From Candidatus Hydrothermarchaeum profundi (lineage in GTDB: Archaea > Hydrothermarchaeota > Hydrothermarchaeia > Hydrothermarchaeales > Hydrothermarchaeaceae): a stretch of DNA of 64,000 bases. The position numbers and the translations under genes were made by a program. The DNA lies in the NCBI GenBank assembly GCA_002011125.2, contig MTMF02000009.1, forward strand, positions 936,989-1,000,988. The letters are read 5' to 3'. Position 1 is the first letter of the stretch. Every line of letters begins with the position of its first letter. This document shows, one piece after another, positions 58,508 through 64,000 of this stretch. A model generated the notes under the pieces. That model was not told the origin of the DNA, ran no database searches, and saw only the letters and a program-made list of their open reading frames with translations.

Positions 58508-61500
58508 TTACTCGAAATCTTCTAATCTCAGCTCATGAACGTGTCCTTTATGGTATTCGTCAATGGATCTTATGCTCATCTCTCCTTTCTTTATACTTTC
58601 TAAGGCCATCACAGCCGCTTTCGCTCCAGTTAAAGTTGTAATATAGGGTATATTCAGGTCTACTGCGTATCTCCTAATATAATACCCGTCAGTGAAAGGG
58701 ATCTTGCCTCCAGTCGGAGTGTTTATAATGAGGTCGACCTCTCTCGCCATCATTATATCGAGTATATTTGGTGAGCCTTCTCTAATTTTTTTAACTAAGT
58801 TACCAGGGATACCATTTTTTTCGAGTATTTGAAGTGTTCCATCAGTTGCAAGAATTTTAAACCCTAGTTCATGAAACTTCCTTGCTATCGGGATAATTTT
58901 TTCTCCATCTCCTCTTCTTATACTTATAAAGACTTTACCTTCCCTTGGCAGAGCATTTCCAGCTGCGAGCTGGGATTTAAAATAGGCTTTTCCAAAATCA
59001 AAATCGATGCCCATCACTTCTCCAGTCGACTTCATTTCTGGACCAAGCACCGGATCAACTCCGGGAAGTTTTACAAATGGGAATACGGCTTCTTTTACTG
59101 CAACATGACGTATTTTCCTTTCTCCGATATACCCCAATTCTTTGAGGGTCTTACCGATCATCACTTTAGTTGCGATCTTTGCCATCGGGACTCCAATTGC
59201 TTTACTCACATATGGAATAGTTCTGCTTGCTCGGGGATTGGCTTCTAACACATAAACTACCTCATCCTTCACTGCATACTGGATGTTCAAAAGCCCTACT
59301 ACATTTAATTCTCTAGCGAGGCTAATAGTATATTCTTTTATCTTTCTAATAACCTCCTTACCAAGAGTCTGAGGTGGGAGTACGCAGGCCGAGTCACCAG
59401 AGTGGATTCCTGCGTGTTCGATATGCTCCATTATACCCCCTATGAAGACATCTTTTCCATCGGAAACAGCATCGACGTCAACCTCAACAGCGTCCTGAAG
59501 GAACTTATCCACAAGTACGGGATGGTCTTCGGAAACATCCACCGCTTCTTTCATATATTTTTTCATCTGAAAGTCATCGTAAACTATCTCCATTGCTCTC
59601 CCGCCTAGTACGTAAGATGGTCTAACTAGAACTGGATATCCTATCCTTTCAGCTATCTCTAGGGCATCTTCAATAGAATATCCTGTGCCATATGCAGCTT
59701 GAGGAATACCAAGCTTATTGAGTACCTCTGTAAACTTCTCTCTATCCTCCGCTCTATCTATATCTTTAGGAGACGTTCCAATGATTTTTACTCCTTTTTT
59801 CGCTAAGGGTACCGCTAAATTTAGGGAGGTTTGACCTCCAAATTGCACTATTACTCCATCCGGCTTCTCCTTTTCTATAATATTCATGACATCCTCAAAA
59901 GTCAGAGGCTCGAAATAAAGCTTATCGGATGTATCGTAGTCGGTAGAGACCGTTTCAGGGTTATTATTGATAATAATAGCTTCTATTCCCTCTTCTCTTA
60001 ATGAAAGTACCCCATGTACACAGCAGTAATCGAACTCTATACCTTGGGCGATTCTTATTGGTCCTCCTCCTAAAATTATTATCTTTTTTTTGGAGGTCAC
60101 CATTACCTCATCAAATTCGTCATATGAGGAGTAATAGTAGGGAGTTGCAGCTTGAAATTCAGCCGCGCATGTATCAACCATTTTATACACGGGTTTTATA
60201 CTATTCCTGCGTTTTCTAACATCTCCCTCTTTAACCTGCCAGATAAATGCTAGTTGCTTATCAGAGAACCCTAGTCTTTTAGCTGATTTGAGGAGGCTAT
60301 CAGGCGCGTTGTAAAGGTTATATTTCGCAAGCCTCTCTTCCATTTTTAATATATTTCTAATTTTCTCTAAGAAAAAGGGGCTAATTCCTGTGAGTTTATT
60401 GATCTCTCCTACGCTCAGTCCAGCTTTTAGTGCGTCGTAGATATAAAATATCCGAGCATCTGTTGGTGTTTTTAAATTTCTTTTTATAACTTCTAGATCC
60501 CTTTCCTCTTTTCTTCCATCGCAACAGATACCAAGTCTTCTTATGTCTAAAGATCGTATTGCTTTTTGAAGGCTCTCCTCAAAGCTTCTCCCAATTGCCA
60601 TCACTTCTCCAGTCGACTTCATCTGCGTACCTATTTCTTTTTCTGCTGTGCTAAACTTGTCGAAGGGCCATCGAGGTATCTTAGTAACCACATAATCTAG
60701 TGCAGGTTCAAAGCAAGCGGGAGTTTCTTTAGTCACATCGTTAGGTATTTCATCTAACGTCATGCCCACTGCTATCTTCGCAGCAATTTTAGCAATCGGA
60801 TAGCCTGTAGCCTTGGAAGCGAGAGCAGAGCTTCTCGATACTCTCGGGTTTACCTCTATTACATAATATTCCCATTTGTACGGGTTGACTGCAAATTGAA
60901 TATTACAACCCCCCTCGATTTTTAATGCTCTAATTATCTTTAGAGCCGCGCTTCTTAAGCGTTGATGATCATTATCACTAAGGGTCTGAGCAGGAGCCAC
61001 GACTATACTCTCTCCTGTATGGATTCCCATTGGGTCAATGTTTTCCATGTTGCAGACTGTAATGCAATTGTCTGCTCTATCCCGCATTACCTCATATTCG
61101 AATTCATACCAGCCTAAGAGAGATTTCTCAATGAGAATCTGATGAACCATACTAGCTTCTAGTCCTCTTTTCGCTATTTTTTCTAAATCCGTTTCATTTC
61201 TAGCTACGCCGCCACCTGTTCCACCTAAAGTGTATGCGGGTCTTATTATAACTGGATAACCTATCTTCTCGGCGGCAACTTTAGCATCGTCTAAAGTAGT
61301 AACCGCATAGCTTTCAGGTATAGGTTCATTTATGTCTATCATAAGTTTGGCAAATAACTCCCGATCTTCAGCTTGCTTGATCGTTTCTACCGAAGTTCCG
61401 AGGGTTTCAACACAGTTTTCCTTAAATACACCTAAATCTGCCAATTGGGCGGTTAGGTTTAAACCGGTTTGACCTCCCATAGTACCTAAGAATCCGTCAG

Positions 61501-61756
61501 GTTTCTCTTTTTTTATTATCTCTGCCACTATCTCAGGTTGAAGAGGTTCTATGTAAATGGTATCAGCTATCTCTTTATCGGTTTGAATAGTAGCGGGATT
61601 GGAATTCACTAATACTACTTTATAGCCTTCTTCTCTCAGCGATTTACAAGCTTGGGATCCTGAATAGTCGAATTCAGCTGCTTGGCCAATTATGATCGGT
61701 CCAGAACCCACTACCATGATTTTCTCTATATCTTCACGTTTTGGCGACTTTTTCAC
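58508..61756 (-). CDS. carB: Carbamoyl-phosphate synthase large subunit
   Basis: GSGPIIIGQAAEFDYSG, duplicated ATP-grasp domains, MKSTGEVM twice, MGS domain. Confidence 0.97.
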   Translation of the reverse strand: MKKSPKREDIEKIMVVGSGPIIIGQAAEFDYSGSQACKSLREEGYKVVLVNSNPATIQTDKEIADTIYIEPLQPEIVAEIIKKEKPDGFLGTMGGQTGLNLTAQLADLGVFKENCVETLGTSVETIKQAEDRELFAKLMIDINEPIPESYAVTTLDDAKVAAEKIGYPVIIRPAYTLGGTGGGVARNETDLEKIAKRGLEASMVHQILIEKSLLGWYEFEYEVMRDRADNCITVCNMENIDPMGIHTGESIVVAPAQTLSDNDHQRLRSAALKIIRALKIEGGCNIQFAVNPYKWEYYVIEVNPRVSRSSALASKATGYPIAKIAAKIAVGMTLDEIPNDVTKETPACFEPALDYVVTKIPRWPFDKFSTAEKEIGTQMKSTGEVMAIGRSFEESLQKAIRSLDIRRLGICCDGRKEERDLEVIKRNLKTPTDARIFYIYDALKAGLSVGEINKLTGISPFFLEKIRNILKMEERLAKYNLYNAPDSLLKSAKRLGFSDKQLAFIWQVKEGDVRKRRNSIKPVYKMVDTCAAEFQAATPYYYSSYDEFDEVMVTSKKKIIILGGGPIRIAQGIEFDYCCVHGVLSLREEGIEAIIINNNPETVSTDYDTSDKLYFEPLTFEDVMNIIEKEKPDGVIVQFGGQTSLNLAVPLAKKGVKIIGTSPKDIDRAEDREKFTEVLNKLGIPQAAYGTGYSIEDALEIAERIGYPVLVRPSYVLGGRAMEIVYDDFQMKKYMKEAVDVSEDHPVLVDKFLQDAVEVDVDAVSDGKDVFIGGIMEHIEHAGIHSGDSACVLPPQTLGKEVIRKIKEYTISLARELNVVGLLNIQYAVKDEVVYVLEANPRASRTIPYVSKAIGVPMAKIATKVMIGKTLKELGYIGERKIRHVAVKEAVFPFVKLPGVDPVLGPEMKSTGEVMGIDFDFGKAYFKSQLAAGNALPREGKVFISIRRGDGEKIIPIARKFHELGFKILATDGTLQILEKNGIPGNLVKKIREGSPNILDIMMAREVDLIINTPTGGKIPFTDGYYIRRYAVDLNIPYITTLTGAKAAVMALESIKKGEMSIRSIDEYHKGHVHELRLEDFE

Positions 61757-62841
61757 CTCCAGTAATCTTCCATCATTTTCAAAAATTCATCAAAAAGATA
61801 TTCGTTATCATGGGGCCCTGGGTGAGCTTCTGGATGATATTGTATAGAAAAAATAGGGAGTTCTTCATGCCGCATTCCTTCGACTGTATTATCATTTAAA
61901 TTAATATGGGTAACATTAAATCCTGTGCCTTCCAAGGAAGCAGCATCAACCGCATATCCATGGTTTTGGGACGTTATAAACGCTTTCCCTCTAATATAGT
62001 CCCTTACAGGCTGGTTACTCCCTCGATGTCCGAATTTTAGTTTGTATGTTTTTGCACCTGCCGCTAAGGCAAGAAGTTGATGTCCTAAGCAGATCCCAAC
62101 GATAGGCCTCTCTACCATTAGTTTTTTGATAGTTTCTATAACGTATGAGGCTTTTACAGGATCTCCAGGCCCATTAGAGATAACGATTCCTGCAGGCTCC
62201 AGATTTAGGATCTCTTCAGGTTTTGTTGTAGCAGGTACTACGTAGACATCCAATCCTCTTTTTAGGAGGTCTCTTAATATGCTTAATTTTAAACCACAGT
62301 CTAATAGGACTACTTTTTGTTTCCCTTTTCCTTTATATAGTTTAATTTCTTTGGACGTGACTCTCTTTACTAAATCTAGTTCAGAAATGTCTTTTTGTGA
62401 TCTAGCTTTTTCGAGTATCTCCCCTCCATTAATTGGCGACTCAGAAGTTTTTAGTCCACCTTTCATTGTTCCGTATTTTCTTATTTTTATTGTCAGCGCT
62501 CTGGTATCAATTTCAGATATTCCAGGAACACCCTCTTCTCTTAAAAAATCATGGATAGTCTTTATCGAGGATCTATGGCTTGGAATTAGGCAGTTCTCTC
62601 TAACCACAAAGCCTTCAGCTTTAATTCCATCCGATTCAAAGTCCTCTTTATTAACACCATAATTTCCAATCAGAGGATAAGTCAACATAAGTATTTGGCC
62701 AGTATAGCTCGGGTCAGTAAGGGCTTCTTGGTAGCCGCACATGCTAGTATTAAATACCACTTCACCATAGACCTCTTTCTCTGCACCGAAACCCACACCC
62801 TCTAAGATTGTACCATCTTCTAGCACTAAGGTAGCATACAT
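61753..62841 (-). CDS. carA: Carbamoyl-phosphate synthase small subunit
   Basis: GEVVFNT, SNGPGDP, GICLGHQ, QYHPEA. Confidence 0.97.
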   Translation of the reverse strand: MYATLVLEDGTILEGVGFGAEKEVYGEVVFNTSMCGYQEALTDPSYTGQILMLTYPLIGNYGVNKEDFESDGIKAEGFVVRENCLIPSHRSSIKTIHDFLREEGVPGISEIDTRALTIKIRKYGTMKGGLKTSESPINGGEILEKARSQKDISELDLVKRVTSKEIKLYKGKGKQKVVLLDCGLKLSILRDLLKRGLDVYVVPATTKPEEILNLEPAGIVISNGPGDPVKASYVIETIKKLMVERPIVGICLGHQLLALAAGAKTYKLKFGHRGSNQPVRDYIRGKAFITSQNHGYAVDAASLEGTGFNVTHINLNDNTVEGMRHEELPIFSIQYHPEAHPGPHDNEYLFDEFLKMMEDYWR

Positions 62842-62936
62842 TCTTTATACCAATAAATTTATATATGATTCAATTATAAAAGTTTTATGTCATATTTGAA
62901 TCAAATAATATAAAAATGAATTATTTATAATATAAA

Positions 62937-63599
62937 ATGAATATATCTGAAGCTACAAGAATGGTCCTCTCTAGGTTTCCATACCTAGAGGAATATATGA
63001 GTCAAGGAATTATAAATTATAGAGCATTGTCAAGAGTTATTTTAGAGGACATTAAGAGGGAGGTAGGTAGAGAGATAAACTTACAGAGTGTTGTGACAGC
63101 TGTAAGGAGATACCATGTTGCTAGTGGAGAAAAATTGAAGGGAGCAATACTTAAAATCCTGTCGAATAGCAATGTGAACCTTAGATATGATATTGGGGCA
63201 ATTACATTAGAGGCGGATCCTGAAGTAATGGATAATATAGTAAAAACCAAAAGTAATGAAGAAGGTTTCATTATCATTCAAGGGATAGAGACCTTAACCA
63301 TCGTTGGCGACGAAAAAGCATTGAAAGGTTTGAGTCGAAAACTTAAAGGAAAAATACTCGAAGCGAAGCAAGATCTAGCTTCAGTAATCGTAAAGAGTCC
63401 TAGGGATATAGCACATACACCTGGAGTTATTGCATATTTGGCGAATGCCCTCTCTATTGCAGGTATAAACGTCGTGGAGATGATGTCTAGCTACACTGAA
63501 ACATGTTTCATAGTAGATGAGGAAGACGCATTAAAAACTGTAGAGACTATTAGAGGCGAAATAAAAAGAGCAAGAGGGAGTTTAGTGAATTTAAAATAG
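62937..63599 (+). CDS. ACT-domain regulatory protein (archaeal)
   Basis: GIINYRALSR N-terminal HTH-like part; TPGVIAY...GINVVEMMSSYTE ACT domain; divergent from carA. Confidence 0.8.
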   Translation: MNISEATRMVLSRFPYLEEYMSQGIINYRALSRVILEDIKREVGREINLQSVVTAVRRYHVASGEKLKGAILKILSNSNVNLRYDIGAITLEADPEVMDNIVKTKSNEEGFIIIQGIETLTIVGDEKALKGLSRKLKGKILEAKQDLASVIVKSPRDIAHTPGVIAYLANALSIAGINVVEMMSSYTETCFIVDEEDALKTVETIRGEIKRARGSLVNLK

Positions 63600-63645
63600 A
63601 GCAGCGAGTACCGAGCTGGGGAAATTATTAAAGGGGGTTAAAGCT

Positions 63646-64000
63646 TTGGCTGAATTGAAGGAAATCATTGATAGGTATATGAAAAAGGTACCAGAGGTCA
63701 GGAAATATTGTGACCGATGCTTAGGGACTAGGAGATGGGATGGTAACGTTGTATTAATGATAGTTGATGCCGCTTTTACTTCTATAGGATTGAATTATTT
63801 TAAAACAGTAGTACCCAAGGTTGAAGAATTTAAAAGAAAATTTATAGACACAAGAAGAATAACGAGTCTAAAAGATCTCACTTCAATGGATATTGAAGAA
63901 CTCAGAAATATATGGAAGAATAGAAGGTCTTGGGAAATAGCAAAAAATATAGCTTCTATTTTAGATAAAATTAAGGAACAGAACAACTTAACAGATAAAG
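63646..64000 (+). CDS. Partial CDS running off the window end; possibly a HhH DNA glycosylase-like protein
   Basis: Open frame (L)AELKEIIDRYMKKVPEVRKYCDRCLGTRRWDGNVVLMIVDAAFTSIGLNYFKTVVPKV...; family assignment is weak. Confidence 0.55.
   Translation, partial: MAELKEIIDRYMKKVPEVRKYCDRCLGTRRWDGNVVLMIVDAAFTSIGLNYFKTVVPKVEEFKRKFIDTRRITSLKDLTSMDIEELRNIWKNRRSWEIAKNIASILDKIKEQNNLTDK

Noticed and set aside
59011-60622. 25-nt exact repeat (59011-59035 and 60598-60622) in carB
   Set aside because: Encodes the MKSTGEVM motif conserved in both halves of the known internal duplication of CarB.

Overview
Archaeal chromosomal window (archaeal histone, PolB3, Rnl3 RNA ligase, AMP phosphorylase, type II MAP, HdrBC, CetZ-like tubulins). 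It looks like an AT-rich euryarchaeal lineage; Hydrothermarchaeota-like is only my guess. Most genes are housekeeping: branched-chain amino acid synthesis (leuCD, leuA, cimA, ilvBNC), carAB, argG, aspartate kinase, pyrC and polB. I found no CRISPR array, rRNA, tRNA, transposase, integrase or reverse transcriptase. The strongest signal is in a 5'-truncated giant multiheme cytochrome gene (33 CxxCH plus about 7 wide-spaced motifs). It carries two identical 1332-bp copies (2348-3679 and 3839-5170) whose flanks are homologous but diverged. Across 336 consecutive codons at each copy, none ends in A, in a genome where NNA codons are common. This points to an unexplained adenine-purging homogenisation process or a foreign module. 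Other highlights: three divergent tubulin/CetZ paralogues with complementary T7-loop degenerations beside a membrane-anchored surface protein; matched short leader ORFs before leuA and cimA; five tandem CBS genes coupled to an RNA ligase; and SD-sequestering hairpins. All calls come from reading motifs by eye; no database search was run.
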